64,000 nucleotides of DNA from Octopus vulgaris (Eukaryota), in the NCBI GenBank assembly GCA_951406725.2, contig OX597824.1:61566001-61630000 (forward strand), read 5' to 3'. The notes below the pieces were generated by a model, which saw only the letters and a program-made list of their open reading frames with translations, ran no database searches and had not been told where the DNA came from. Of this stretch, positions 11,561 to 25,972 are shown piece by piece. Positions within the stretch are counted from its first letter, which is position 1. Each line of letters starts with the position of its first letter. The position numbers and the translations under genes are program-made.

Positions 11561-14500
11561 TATCTGCAAATGTGAAATACAAGGATCAAGGTGTAGGAAG
11601 CTAGTGAGTTTCAAGTAATCCGTAGAGGATATAAAAAAAAAACTTTCAAGAACATAGACTATGTGATCAAGGTAGAGTAATAAGAAAAAATCATTGGTTC
11701 ACCGAAGTAGAGCTCGAAGCTATCAAAACGCGGGTCTTGGAAAATAGCAGCAGAGATAACAATGAAAATACACTTCTTAATAATAAAATTAATCTCATAG
11801 CACAGGAAGTGAGCAGTGGTAGTTTACTTGAAGAGAGACACATAATTGATCTAAAAGAAGACAATCAAACTAATGGCGACATGACAGATGAACAAAAGGC
11901 AATCTACGACAGAATAAAGGTAAGACTACAGGATAGCGACATTATTTGCAACCTTAAAAAGGTTGATAGATGGAAATTGAACCAAGAAATGAAAAATGTC
12001 AATGATATTCTGAAATACATCAGAACAAACAAAACAGAAACAAATAATTTGATCAAGGTAGCATGTATTGTTGTAGCAGAAAATGTGGGTGCTGATGTTA
12101 AGAAAAAGAAATTTTAATGTGAGAGATCCATGGTGGAAAAAAGAATACAAGCAGGGCGAGATATGCTCTCAAAGAAAATTTCTTTGTAAGACAGAAAAAA
12201 GAAAGGGGAACTTAAAAGCAAACAAAAATACATAGTGCTGAAAAGGAAGTATAATGTTGAAAGAAAGGGCCTGAACGTGGTAAAGAAGGAACTGAAACAG
12301 AGCCTCGTCGCAAAGAAAATAAAGGTGGTAAGATATGACCAAAGAATGAAGGGTTACCATCAGAATAGATAGGTTATTCAGAGTAGATTAGAAGAGATTC
12401 TATAAAGAAATAAATGTAGAGTGTACAGATGAAAAGTTGATACCAGATGACATTGAAAGTCAAATGTTTTGGAGTGACATCTAGAGCAAAGATAAGGAGC
12501 ACAAGAAGGTTGCTGAATTGTTGAAAGAAGTGAAACAAACAGTAGTCTGTCCAAAACAGGCAGAACTAGTCATTTCAGTTAGGGAAGTGAAAGAACTCAG
12601 CAAAAAGGCCCCGGGACTATATGGAGTTCAGATCAAAAGATTTGGTGAATGTCATGCACGAATAGCTGCACAACTCAACACCTTGTTAAATGCCGACCAA
12701 GCAACACCAGAGTTGTTGACATTAGGTAGGACAGTGCTGTACTTGAAAAACATCGAGAAAGGCAATACGGTAGACAATTACAAACCGATATCCTGTTTGC
12801 CACTTATGTGGAAGTTATTGACTGGAATACTCGCAGAGTCAATGTACGAACATCTGGGGAAAAAATGGAGTCCTGCCACATGAGCAGAAGGGGTGCAAGC
12901 GTAAGTGCAGAGGTACCAAGGATCAACTCCTGATAGACAAAACTATACTTAGAGACTACAAGAGAGGAGGAAAAGTAACTTAGCCATACATGTACCGACT
13001 ATCGTAAGGCGTACGATACGATCCCACTCTTGGATAATGTAATGTATGAACCTATTTGATATTGTATCGAATGTTGAGCGATTGCTTGGAAAAAGTATGG
13101 CGAATTGGAGGACAGACCTAACAGCATACAGAAGTTTAGGGAGAGTAGAAATCAGGAGGGGCATCTTCCAAAGGGACTGCCTGTCCCCACTGATCTCTGT
13201 ACTGTGCTTGATAACACTAACACTGATTCTGAGGAAAGCAAAAGCTTGAAATTTATTGAAAATCGCCAGCAAAAAGTCAGCCATTTGATATCTATGGATG
13301 ACCTCAAACTTTATGGTAAATACGAAGCCCAAGTCAGTTCCCTCCTTGAAACAGTGTATACTTTCAGTACTGATATCAGAATGAAGTTCGGAACGCGAAA
13401 GTGTGGTGTATTAGGCTTGAATGTACGGACGGGCTAGCGATACCATTGGGGGAGATAATGAAGCAGATAGAAGAGACGGTCTCTAAATACTTTCGGAAAT
13501 GGATAAATTGATGGAGAAAGAAATGACAGAAAAAATTTAAGGTGGAGTATTTGTGCAGACTCAGACTGATCCTTAAGTCGAAATTAAACGGACGGAATAA
13601 GACTGAAGCTGTCAACACCTGAACGGTTTCACTCCTTAGATATGGAACAGGGGTAATCGTATGGAGATTAGACGAACTAAACAGCTTATAGAGAAAGACA
13701 AGGAAGTTGCTAATTAGATATGGGACACTCCACCCAAAACGTGACACAGACACGTACCAAGAAAAAGAGGGGGAAAGAGGACTTATTGGATGTGAACAAA
13801 GTATTACAACAGAAGAAAACAACATAGAAGGTATGTGAAAAATGCCACAGAACCACTATTATTAGAAGTAAGAAGGTCAGGCTTGTGTAGGATGAAAGAT
13901 TGCAAAGATATAGCACTATACAAGAAATTGAAAACGATGAAACTAAAAATAGGTGGGTAAAGAAAAGAATGCATGGTCAATTTCATCGGAATGTTGAAGA
14001 TAAGACAGACAGAGAAAAAAAAAGATGGCTGTGCTGGCTAAAAATGATTTAAAACCGAAAACGGAGGTTCTAACCTGTGCTTCCCAAGAGCAAGCACTAA
14101 GAACAAACTACATAAATACTGAGTAGACAACACATCAAAAAGTGATTAGTGCAGAATCTGTGGACAAAACGGTGAAAATGTATGGCATATTACTATCCAA
14201 TGTGTGCCACTAGCCCAGAAAGAATATAAGAGACACCACGACAATATAGCAAGGCTTGTGCATTGGACACTTTGCGACAAGTATGGTCTTGACAGAGAAA
14301 AAAATTGATACGACCACAAACCAAACGGCATCATCAAAAATGAGAATGCAAAGATCCTATGGGATTTTATGATTCAGTGCGACCATGAGATAGAGAATAG
14401 GAAGCCAGACATAGTCTTCATTGAGAAAGAAAGCAAACTATGCTGGATTAAAGATATAGCATGCCCAACTGACAAAAAGATATGCGATAAGAAAGAAAGA

Positions 14501-14796
14501 AAAGTCGATAGGTATGACAGGTTAGCTTAGGTGCTAAAGCAGTTGTGGTCGATGAAAAAGATACTAGTGGTAGCAATAATTATCGGAGCCCTGGGTACAG
14601 TGAGTAAAAATCTCGAAAAGTACATGGAACAACTATGGGCTGCAATAAGGATGCAGCTTTTGCAGAAAACAGGACTGTTTGGAACCGCTCGAATACTCCT
14701 GAAGATGCTCGAAAAATAAGATGTGTTACCTTAGCTCACTGGTAATGAACAGCTGACACCGTAGTACATATCTAGCGTTAGAAGTTGTGCAAAGGC
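11561..14796 (+). mobile_element. Near full-length decayed R4/Dong-clade non-LTR retrotransposon (RT, CCHC, restriction-like endonuclease)
   Basis: Motifs across frameshifts: [88 protein letters not shown]...RKPDI, IIGALG, LQKT.L.GTARIL; the 3' UTR abuts (AAT)n, the established Dong target. Confidence 0.9.
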
Positions 14797-14845
<49 letters not shown>

Positions 14846-14919
14846 TGGGCAATACCGCAGATAAATCGAAGGAAAAGCCAAGATCAACACTTATAGATTT
14901 GGTCTGAATGGATGCATTG

Positions 14920-15706
14920 CGGCATTGATTGCAGCGGCCAGGGACAAGCTCTGAGAACTAATTACACCAAGTTCCAAATAGATAAGTGTACCAAATCGGC
15001 CCTTTGTAGGATGTGTAGCAGCAGAAACGAAACAATCTCACATACTCTGAATGAGATTAGCAAGCTGGCCCAAAAGCGCTACAAAAGGAGGCACGATAAC
15101 GAGGCTAAGTTCGTCCACTGGAGGCTATGTGAAAAGAACAGCCTGAACAGAGCACGGAGATTGTACAAACATGAACCAGAAGGAGTCACCGTGAACAGGG
15201 AACAAAAGATACTGTGGGATTTTACAATTCAATGTGACTCCCTAATCGAGGCTCGGAAACCAGATAAAGAAAAAAAAGGAAACCAAGATTATAGAAATTG
15301 CAATACCGTGAGATGCACGCATAAGTGACAAAGAACTAGAAAAGATTGAAAAGTACAGACTACTAAAAGACGAATATGAAAGAATGTGGAATATGAGGAG
15401 AGTGTCTATCATTTCAGTAGTTGTAGGGGTTCTCGGAGCACTAACCTCCAAGTTCGAGAAATATGTCAAAGAAATCAGAAGTGATGTACGAGCAGAGAAA
15501 GCCCAAAACACTGCTCTGCTTGGAACAACTAGGATTTTGAGATTGGTACTTGTATGTTGAATGTGTCCCACGATAATTAGCAATCAAGTATCAAAGCTTA
15601 TAATGTGCGGAAAGATACCCTGTAAGACCTCTGACAGCTGGCTGCTGTTCGCTCTCACAGAATCTGCTAAAACAAACAAGACCGAACGTAATGTTCTGAG
15701 AAGGAA
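14920..15706 (+). mobile_element. 5'-truncated R4/Dong LINE, second subfamily (CCHC, RLE, 3' UTR)
   Basis: QALRTNY, CRMC..ETISH, YKRRHDN, KILWDFTIQCD...RKPD, VVGVLGAL; lies between (AAT)n and (AAC)n(GAT)n(AAT)n. Confidence 0.88.
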
Positions 15707-15749
15707 AACAACAACAACAACAACAACAACGACGATGATGATGATGATG

Positions 15750-15795
<46 letters not shown>

Positions 15796-16189
15796 GACAG
15801 AACATGGAGACGTTTAAAATATGAGAACGTAAAAGCATTGTTCCGAAATATATCCCAAATCTTCTAATGAAACATATAAATAACTTACAAAGCGTTGGAC
15901 ATTACCTGAGTAAGTAATACACATTAAAATTTATGAAATTATGTATTATAACTGTGTACCATTTCCATCACTCGCACAATACATGTAAACATGCCCTCCA
16001 CGTTACGGTTCAATCAATAACAGACCGATCCCGTCCCCGACCATCATACACAAAAAATTAAAAAATAGATTAAATAATACCAGTTTTATTTAGCCCGAGA
16101 ATAACAAATGAGAAGTGCGTATTTTAAACTTATTACATAAAAAGTACGAAAATTACACGTACAAAACCCTTTAAAACCAGAAACGAGCC

Positions 16190-17530
16190 AACAGGTACCC
16201 TACGAAGGTGATGACCCTCAAAATAAAGGGCCAGATGTTAATTCTCACGTCCTGCAAATAAGATCAAAAGTCATAAATGAACAGGAGGGGAATATATTCT
16301 AATCCTACACGCTTATTTTACAGCAGTGATATATACACAAAATGAAAATACAACACCATACTCATATAAAATGTGGAAGAAAATAACCCAGATTTGGATA
16401 TATCGATGAACTCTAACCAACTAGCAAACATAAGGCGATACATTCTCAGAACAAAAAGGATATCAGATTTCGAAATATAGCACTTACAAGGAAAAGGACA
16501 GTACTTAATATAATTTGAATACTGGGGCTTTAAAACACGAATATACACATAAAATGTGCAGCAAAAGCGAAAAAGGTAACGAAGCACGATCCCAAACTGT
16601 AGGAATGCATGATGATAGCCAAAATGCATCAAACCAAACCAAAACAGTCAAAAACATAAACAGGAAAGAATGTGAACCAAAACCGGGTAACTGGAAACAA
16701 TCAAGTCGTAAACTATGATGATGATGATATTTTAAAAATGAGTATAATCAAGGAATTAAATGTCACAGAAGAACTCAGTATGGACAACCGACTGCATCTC
16801 TTATAAATTAAAGTTGATAATAAGACAGCAACGATGAAATACACAAATTTGGCTGTCGCAGAAACTAATCGGCACAGACACAAATGACAATATTACCATA
16901 GTAAATGAAAGAATACATGCATCAGCCTATATGGCCAGAACAGAAATTGAGTACTCCCTCAAATCCATCTAAATAGAATTTATCACAACCTAAATAAAAC
17001 ACTATGGAAAACTAATATCCAGAAGAGAATAGAAAATAAAAGAAAGGATCTGTCAATCGTTAATGAAATTAGCAAGCAAACAACACTAGTAAACCACAAG
17101 AAAGAAAGAAATACTACAAAAATATAGAATAACTAATGAAGATATACCTGAGATAAAAGAGCAGCTCAAGCAAGATATCCTCGCCAGAGCACAAAGTATC
17201 CGTCGGTATGAGAAAAAGTCAACGATCCTTTGAATAAAACAAGCAGTTCAACACCAATCCAAAACGATTCTATCGAGCACATGCTAAAAATAAAGTGGAG
17301 GTGAATGCAGCCCCAACAGCAATAGAACTAAAATAATTTTGGAAAGAGGAATGGTCGGTGAAAGAACAACCCATGAAAGATGTATTAAGACACAACACAT
17401 GAACAAATCTAGACTCCTATAACAACGGATGGTCACCCAGGCACTGCAAACACTAAGCAGCTGGAAGGCACCCGGGAACATCAAGATCTCCAATTTCTGG
17501 TTAAGATGTTTCAGAGAGATACATAAGACG
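16190..17530 (+). mobile_element. 5' portion of a third, more decayed R4/Dong-like LINE
   Basis: YKMW..NNP...NQLANIRRYIL, AQSIRRYE, NKQFNTNPKRFYR, SWKAPG..ISNFWL; collinear with the N-terminus of the 11561-14796 element. Confidence 0.7.
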
Positions 17531-17695
17531 CTGTCTTGGTGTAAAATATGGGCTACAGCAAATATTCTGCTCAATTCCACAGATCTATTTGTCACTTGCT
17601 TGACTTTAACCAGTTCAGCATGTCTCTTGGTTGTTGGCGATATGTGAAGGAGTAGTGAGGGAGCATCATAGCCATGTGTGGCTTATAAAAACAAT
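17531..17695 (+). mobile_element. Partial copy of the repeat at 38912-39408
   Basis: Shared GGCTACAGCAAATATTCTGCTCAAT, AGCATGTC and GAGCATCATA.CCAT. Confidence 0.75.
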
Positions 17696-18029
17696 GTGTT
17701 TACGCCTGGCCTTTTCACAAAGGGCTGCTAAAATCTATTCTAATGTTACGTTGAATAATATAACATTGAAGCAAATAAACATTGACGCACGAATAGTTTC
17801 TATGGAATTTGTTTTCAACTCTTCGGAGGTGCGGCTTCCTGTAAACAACAACAAAGAACCATTTTGACAACTTCCGTTCATTATAATCTTGCTTCAGATT
17901 TCATGAACTATACCTACATATTTATACACACGCACTTACTTGCATATACATCTATGTATGTATTTCAAATATACAATACAAACATGTATGCATGTATGCA
18001 TATATATGTATGTGTATATTTATTTCGGG

Positions 18030-18180
18030 GCTATCATTTCTTTTCTTGCCAAATAAACACATGCACTATATATTCGTTCTTATGTTATGTCCATTGTTTG
18101 GTAATCTTTCATCACACATCCTGTGACGTTTTCAGCGACTCTCCATTCCACGTATTTCTTCCTGCAGTGTTTTGTCTATA
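18030..18180 (-). repeat. Short interspersed repeat related to 55895-56085, possibly a decayed pseudo-LTR
   Basis: Both copies share TTTT.TTG.CAAAT.AACAC and AATCTTTC.TC.CA.ATC.TG..AC.T.TTCAGC.AC and lie next to microsatellites. Confidence 0.45.
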
Positions 18181-18202
18181 CATACATGCATACATACATA
18201 TA

Positions 18203-18238
<36 letters not shown>

Positions 18239-18256
18239 TATATAAATATATATATA

Positions 18257-18333
<77 letters not shown>

Positions 18334-18670
18334 CTATCTAGCTATCTAGCTAGATAGATAGATAGACAGACAGACCGTTAGACCGACAGACAGATAGACA
18401 AACAGGGCAGATAGATAGAGAGAGAGATGGATATGTATATATATATATGCACACACATAGAGTGCTGACAGCAGGAGTTAAAATAAAATAAAAGTGAGTA
18501 TAAGGATGATGCTTTTGTTTCTTCATTCAGTACTCGACCAAAAATACTTATCTTGCCTTCTTTCAAACCACACCCTGCCTAATACTTCAACAAGCCCATC
18601 TATACCCCCACGTTCAAATGAACACATACACGCACGCACACGCACAATATATATATACACATAGACATAT

Positions 18671-18841
18671 GAGGATCACTTAATTATGATTTTATCCAGC
18701 ATATTCTCCTATCAAATCTTCACACTTATCACAGCGATCCTTCAGTTTTCGCAAGCACCTGTAAAAGAACTCAAACGTTTGGGCCTCCAACCAGGCTTTT
18801 CGCGATACTCTTAAAGCCAGGAACTTTTCAGCACCTCCTCG
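18671..18841 (-). mobile_element. Mariner-derived MITE, one end missing
   Basis: Terminal CGAGGAGGTGCTGAAAAGTTCCTGGC next to TA; interior translates as a mariner C-terminus (AWLEAQTFEFFYR..KLKDRCDKC..L.GEY). Confidence 0.8.
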
Positions 18842-18937
18842 TACACTCAGACACACAGACAGACTGTGCAACATCAAATCAGTTTCATATTTACACACAT
18901 TTTATACATACATATATCAATCTCTCTCCCTCGTATG

Positions 18938-19063
18938 AGGTCGACTTTGCCTTTCATCATTTCGGGGTCGATAAATTAAGTATCAGTTACGTACTGGGGT
19001 CGATCTAATCAACTGGCCCCCTTCCCCAAAATTTCGGGCCTTGTGCCTAGAGTAGAAAAGAAT
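18938..19063 (+). mobile_element. SINE family B, 3' part
   Basis: GAGGTCGACTTTGCCTTTCATC.TTTCGGGGTCGATAAATTAAGTA...GGCCTTGTGCCTAGAGTAGAAA. Confidence 0.85.
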
Positions 19064-19420
19064 CTCCCTCCCGCGTCCTCATAGACACGTACACCCACTC
19101 ATGCATTCACGTCCGTCAGAATTGCTCACGGCTTTTCTTCCTATACAACGTTTCCTTCCATCTCTCACTCTCATTTATTTATACCATCCCCTCTTTCTTT
19201 GCTCACGCCACTCCATCTCAAATGAACTTTTGCAAGTGTACTTTAATGCTAAATTCGGCAGTAAACTGTCATTAACAGCTGAAGTTAGCAAAGGAATATA
19301 TTTGAATACAATGATTTGTGATTTTGAATTACACAGTTGAATAAGCAACTTATCTCTTTCTTTTCTTTGGTTGATTCAGTTATTCCATTAGCCACTCCTA
19401 ATAACCCTACCACATTACAA

Positions 19421-19460
<40 letters not shown>

Positions 19461-19594
19461 AACACATGCACATACACGCACAATTAACTTTTTCAATATT
19501 TAATCATGTACTTACACATGCGTACGTATACACCACCTCTCATGTAGCCATTACACCCACAAACATACAGATATACATAGTGACATATATACAT

Positions 19595-19970
19595 TCTCTC
19601 TTTACTCTTTTACTCTTTTACTTGTTTCAGTCATTTGACTGCGGCCATGCTGGAGCACCACCTTTTAGTACTTATTCTATCGGTCTCTTTTTGCCGAACC
19701 GCTAAGTGACGGGGACCTAAACACACCAGCATCGGTTGTCAAGCAATGCTAGGGGGACAAACACAGACACACAAACACACACAGATATACATATATATAC
19801 ATATATACGACAGGCTTCTTTCAGTTTCCGTCTACCAAATCCACTCACAAGGCATTGGTCGGCCCGGGGCTATAGCAGAAGACACTTGCCCAAGATGCCA
19901 CGCAGTGGGACTGAACCCGCAACCGTGTGGTTGGTTAGCAAGCTACTTACCACACAGCCACTCCTGCGCC
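19595..19970 (-). mobile_element. tRNA-derived SINE family A, near full length
   Basis: Head GGCGCAGGAGTGGCTGTGTGG (A box), GGTTCAGTCCC (B box), internal TA/TG microsatellite, tail GACTGAAACAAGTAAAAGAG(TAAAAGAG)n. Confidence 0.9.
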
Positions 19971-20450
19971 TATTTTATTCATGTAAAATAAAAATCGAAA
20001 ATAAAGACCAACAAATACATACGTCCAACCTTTATCACATAATGCCCAGCAGCACACTTTTGAAACATTACAACTTACCTCCATTATATTTATTTATTTA
20101 TTGTGCATCTGTATTAGTCACAAGATTCCGTTTGCTTTGAATGTAACAACTAGCTATAGTGAGATATCTGTGCATGCGTGTAAATATCTAAGGGAGCTAG
20201 CTCATGTTATCCTTATTGTACCTCAATATACGTTTTACTCTAATACTAACGTAACTGCGACATACTCTAATCTATAAAAGTTGGAATATTGCTTGAAAAA
20301 ATATCATCAGGGGAAAAAAGAGGATAGACATTAAATTTATTACCTTAATAGATAGAACCTAGATGTGAATCAGATCAAAGTTGTCGGTTCAAAAAATCAG
20401 GGACAAGTACGATCTTAAACCGCAGTTAGAAGTCGGTTTCATGGCGTATG

Positions 20451-20656
20451 CGAGAGGGTGCTGGCTTTGGGTAAAACAAAATATAGGAGGATCAGTTAAT
20501 TATGATTTTATTTAACATATTTCCCTCTCAGGTTCACACACTTATTGCAGCAGTCCTTCGGTTTTTCTAAACTCCGTAAAATAACTCGGAACATTGACCT
20601 TTCACCGAGGCCTTTCGCGATACCCTTCAAGCCAGGATCTTTTCAGCGTCCTCTAG
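20451..20656 (-). mobile_element. Mariner-derived MITE with both TIRs partly retained
   Basis: CGAGAGGGTGCTG..GGCTTTG at the left and AAGCCAGGATCTTTTCAGCGTCCTCTAG at the right; same body as 18671-18841. Confidence 0.75.
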
Positions 20657-20669
20657 TAAGTATCTATGA

Positions 20670-20875
20670 TTACACCATTCATCCTCCAATGGGACGCTGG
20701 TACGGCGCTGGGTTAACTTCCCAGCAATTACTGGAAGTCATTTGCAATTGAGTGAACTGAGTGACATGTAGATGAAATTTTTCGGTCAAAAACACAGAGC
20801 ACCACCCTGTTAGGGAATCGAAACCACTACATTATAAACGTGAGTGAAACACCATAATCACTAGACCACGTGCCA
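20670..20875 (-). mobile_element. SINE family C, decayed
   Basis: Minus strand GGCACGTGGTCTAGTG...GGTTTCGATTCCC...GTGTTTTTGACCGAAAA...CAGTTCACTCA. Confidence 0.55.
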
Positions 20876-21019
20876 TATTACCAAGGAAATTCCTAATTCA
20901 ACATATCAAGTTTGAATACGCATTTATTCCACATTTCGACTACCAACAGAAGCACAATTTATTATTTGCTATCATATATGAATATCATTTCCTTCTGTTT
21001 GAAGCTAATTATTAATTTT

Positions 21020-21439
21020 TTTTAATCTTTTCATATGTTTGTCATTTAGACTGCAGCCATGCTGCGGCAAACCTTGAGGAATTTTAGTCGAATAAATCGA
21101 TCTTAGTACTTACTTTCTTTAAAAGTCTGTGACTTACTTTATCGGCTCTTTTGCTGATCTGCTAAGTTATGGGGACATAAACACACCAATACCTGTTGTC
21201 AAGCAGTGGAGGGGGACTAAGGCAGATAAAAATACACATGTACCCCCCACAGAAACACACACACGAACACACACACGAAGGACTTCTTTTAGCTTTAGTC
21301 TACAAAATCCACTCACAAGGCTTTGCTCGGTCCGAGGCTATAGCAAAAAGACTCTTGCTCAAGGTACCACGCAATGGGACTGAACCCACAACTATTTGGT
21401 TGGGAAGCAAACTTCTTACCACACAACCATTCCTGCGCC
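21020..21439 (-). mobile_element. SINE family A, older copy
   Basis: Collinear with 19595-19970. Confidence 0.85.
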
Positions 21440-24099
21440 TAAGATGTTTAATGCTGATTCTTATAACTCCGCAGCAAATATGAGGTCGTAAAATTCTGAA
21501 CTGTCCTTTCAATTGAGACGTGCGCACATGGAAGGACATTCTTGAAAAGGCTTACGTTGCTTCAGAGTTCTTGCGTGGTTATTCCACAGAATATCGAGTA
21601 TAAATCCAGATTTGCTCAATTCTAATTTGTTGACTTTGAAGAAGCCACTAATACAAGAGTAGTGAATAAATCAAATGAAAGATGTATATTAGACATAATA
21701 GTAACCCTGGATAGAATAATACATGTAAGCAACATTTATGCGGCTGTTTGTGAAAGTATTAAAGATTTTGAGAGCTAGGAAGAACTCACAGAGCAAGAAG
21801 GTGGACCGAATGTTGTAGTAAATATTGATTTGGCAAGGCCAGCAATGCAATCAGGGAGAGTTTTTCTTTTCTAGACATATAAAGCTTTCTTTTTGTTGCA
21901 ATCGGTAATATCATTAGTGAGAATGTTTATGTATTTAAAGTAATGTGTATTTAGAGTACACATTCAGGATTATCTCATTCTTTCTAATGATGCTTCCCCA
22001 GCATGGTCTTGTCCCACCGACTAGAAATAGCAAAGTACTTTATTCAAGAGTGTTGCGCATTTAAATTTTTATTCTCTTTCAAAAATATATTCATTTTGTC
22101 TTTTTCTTTCTTTTTTTTTTTATTAGAGACCAGTTCCTTTATAACACAAAACGCAGAATTTCTTTTCTTTCTTTTTAACCTATACGAAGTCCATATCAAC
22201 AATATCGTATGCTACCATTTTGTACTAGATTAATTTGAAGTGTTCTTGGAAAATCAATATTATTGAACAATTGGCATGTAGTATTGTTCTAGAATCTTTC
22301 TTCAGCTATTGAAATGTTCTAAATTTAGAGAAACAAATTTAATCTCTCTATTTTTTTTCTATTACAAATGTACATTTACTCTCAATCATTCTTAATATTG
22401 AATTCTTTAACATGGTAAAACCATTGATTACAGTTGTATGCAGGGCGGACAATGAGGAAAAAATATTTGTGACTTTATTATAATATATCTTTGTTATCCT
22501 CACCCATACACCTAACAATACCAAAGTTCAAATGTATCAATATTTATTGCCGTTTGTGTTTCTTGCTTTCTAAATCCGGAACGTTTTTATACTTTTCATG
22601 ATCGAGGCAATGTATTCACCATGATTTTTTCCTTAGAGAATAATAAGCGCAAACTTTTGATATTAGCTTTTGTAAACAGCCCTCAGGTAGATGCAATACA
22701 TATAAGTTTTGTCCTTTTTGCTTCATGTTTTTGGTTATTTTGTTTTGTCTTCTATTTGTTTGCTTTTTGTCGTTTTTCTGAAAGATAAATACTTTCTTTT
22801 TTTGTTAGACAACTTATTTATTATAGACGTTCTTCATCCTTCCTTATCTTTTCGTGAGAAACGCGTTTCTGTTATTTTCTTCTTACCTGCAACCAATTTT
22901 AGAATATTGAATTGTTTTCTTTCTCCTTTACTTATTTTGCCCGCTAGCATATATCTCAGTTATTTGTAATTCTTATTAGAAGTTACAACGTTTTTTTAAT
23001 TATCTCCACGACATAATCAAAATTCCATACACGTCTCCTATTGAAATCGTGAATTTAAATATTAGTGTCATTCGACTAGACACAAAGTCTGTATAATTTA
23101 TAGAGAAAGAATCGACAGTTGATGCATCCATGCACATTCTTTATGGAATAACAGCTTAAACAGAAATGAATGTTTTAAAATAATAACTGCCACCATGCTA
23201 TGCTTTTGACTAAGTAAGAACTTAGATATGCGACTTGATTAATTTTCACTAAACTTAATATCAATGCTGCAAAGAAAGGGCCTGCAGACAATATATACAC
23301 CACAAAAAGACGAAACGTACATTCTTTACGGATTTAGAATATGAAGGGAGGCAACAAAACAGTACAACGCATTTAGTCAGGTGTTCGTTCCTGCAAACGT
23401 TTCTTCTAACTTAAAAGAAATTAGTGTTTTTATTTTCATTAATCGAACATGGTTAGAAGGAATATTTTAACACATTTATATTGTTCCTTTATATTAAAGG
23501 TACAATTTAAAAAAGCAGATTAGGCAGATTAGGAACTGAATCACCATCAGAGTCTCAGCTGAACATGAATTTGTTTCTTACTTACTCTGCATGACAACAG
23601 AAACGTTGAAAATGTCGGTCGTATGTTAAGGCAATACACTTCTTCCTCTAGACGAAACCAATGAAAGAAATTTGTTAGATTAAAACATTTTCAGGCTGTA
23701 TGCGTTGCATAGACAAATCATTTAAAATTATAATGAATTGCTCTTTTGGACAGTTTTAAGAATTAACAGCACAGAACATGCTGAATATTTTTGTTGCTTT
23801 TTAACTCTTCTTATGACATTTACTTCCTTAATAATGTTTAATGTGATATCCAGTATAACATATTACGTAAAAGATTATTATTTCACGAATCGGATTCAAC
23901 GATTATCTCTCTAAAAATCATAATTCCATCGATCGAATCAATTCAATTTAAACGATCACAGCCTCAATTTCCTGAATTTCAAGTCACGAGAAGTATTTTT
24001 CTCCCATCTGAATTGCTGATTTACGCCAAATCCATTTTATATTTTCCATTTCATACATTCGTGTGCAAGTTTAATGTAGCTTCATACAGAATTTATTAT

Positions 24100-24133
<34 letters not shown>

Positions 24134-24586
24134 TCTGTGAGGTTGTGAAACTGATGTAATATTTTAAATGTTTCATATAGCCAAGATAAAACTGTAGTTA
24201 AATTTTGAAAAACATTTTTGAAATATAACTACATGATGTGGTTGTTACTGTTTTAGCAAAGATAGTAAGAGTAAGATAGATGAATAAAACATAAAACAAA
24301 ATATTTGATAGTTCCATTTATGTAGAAGGCGTTTATAATACATGGGAAACTAAATGTATAGAATATGTATATTTATTTTAATGAATCTTTAACCTGACGT
24401 ATTTTACTCGTGCCAACTACTTTGTTGTTTGTAAATTTCTATGTAAAATAAAAATAGGAATTGATCCTACCTTTGCTAGGATTAATAAACACTCATAATG
24501 TTTTTGTCGCATCTATCAAATAAAATTTGTCGATATGATATCTATCTGTCTATCTATCTATATATATGTACACACACATATTTGTG

Positions 24587-24644
<58 letters not shown>

Positions 24645-25819
24645 TATGTATATATATGTATATATATATGCATATATGTATATATATGTATATATGTATG
24701 TGTATATATTCATATATGTATATATGTATATATGTATGTGTATATATGCATACATGTATATATGTATATATGTATGTGTATATATGCATACATGTATATA
24801 TATATGTATACATATGTGTGTGTGAGTGACGGTGTCTCTGCGAGGGAGAGGGAAAGAGAGTTATAATTTAACCTTAACCGTATAAACTCTAAAGTTATCT
24901 CAATAGATTTCTACTAGTGTATATGAAGTTTGTAATATATATACAGATAAATATGCGAACATGTATTATTCTGGTACTTATTTGAATATAAGTTATAAAT
25001 CTAACTACGTAGATATTTAGGGTGCTGTATGAAATGTGTTGCTTGTATGTGTATGTGTGTGCTCGTGTGCGTATCGAAATAGTCGTTGTGGTAGGTCAAT
25101 TGCATCAGTGTGGCTAGCTGTGTGCGGAGATGAACACAGTAGAACTGAATTTATTTAAGTCTTTATTCAAATGCTAATTTGTTTTGTAGTTCTGCAGTTC
25201 TTCACAAACGTAAACTGTCTTTAAGTACTGTATTAATGATTTACTATTGTGTTTTCTTCACTAGGAAGGTGTATTTTAAGCGTAGAACAAACGCCCACAA
25301 ACGGCTGCGTCATGTTACAAGAGGTTCAAATTGTAAGACAAAAGTAAGAGTTAAATATAAAGTTACATATTTATGAATTTGTAAGTTTTAAAATGCGTTA
25401 CTCTTCTCAGCAAACATGCATCCCTACAGATTATTATGCACGTAAATTTTACAATGACAGTAATATGTCTTACTTGCCTGACGTAAAATATAGAGTAAAG
25501 CCACGACTTATGCCTTATTCGACTACCAGTCCAACGGCTTAGCAAACTGGCTGACTGCAACTTTAATAATTAAATATTTAAACCAAACACATGTTTTTGC
25601 TAGTGTATGTTCAGCCAGTGTTTGTCGCTGGAAAGCTGCCACGCTGCAAAATTACCTACCAGTGGTTGTTGAGTCAATGATACCGATCCAAGTAATTATT
25701 TCAGTCTGATGACTATTTTATCGATTTCTATTTTTTTGGAATCCCTAATTTACTCTTGTTCACAAAACACCTGTTTTTGTTAGCATCAGTAACGATAAAC
25801 ATAACACACGTACACACAC

Positions 25820-25890
<71 letters not shown>

Positions 25891-25972
25891 GTAGGTAGAG
25901 TAGGTATATATATATATATATATATATGTGTGGGTAAGGTAGGTAGAGAGTATATATATATATATATATATA

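Noticed and set aside
19900-19970. tRNA-like A/B boxes here and in other SINE heads
   Set aside because: They continue into SINE bodies and do not form a complete cloverleaf; not tRNA genes.
22854-22870. Palindrome AGAAACGCGTTTCT resembling a hammerhead stem III
   Set aside because: No CUGANGA at a suitable distance on either strand.
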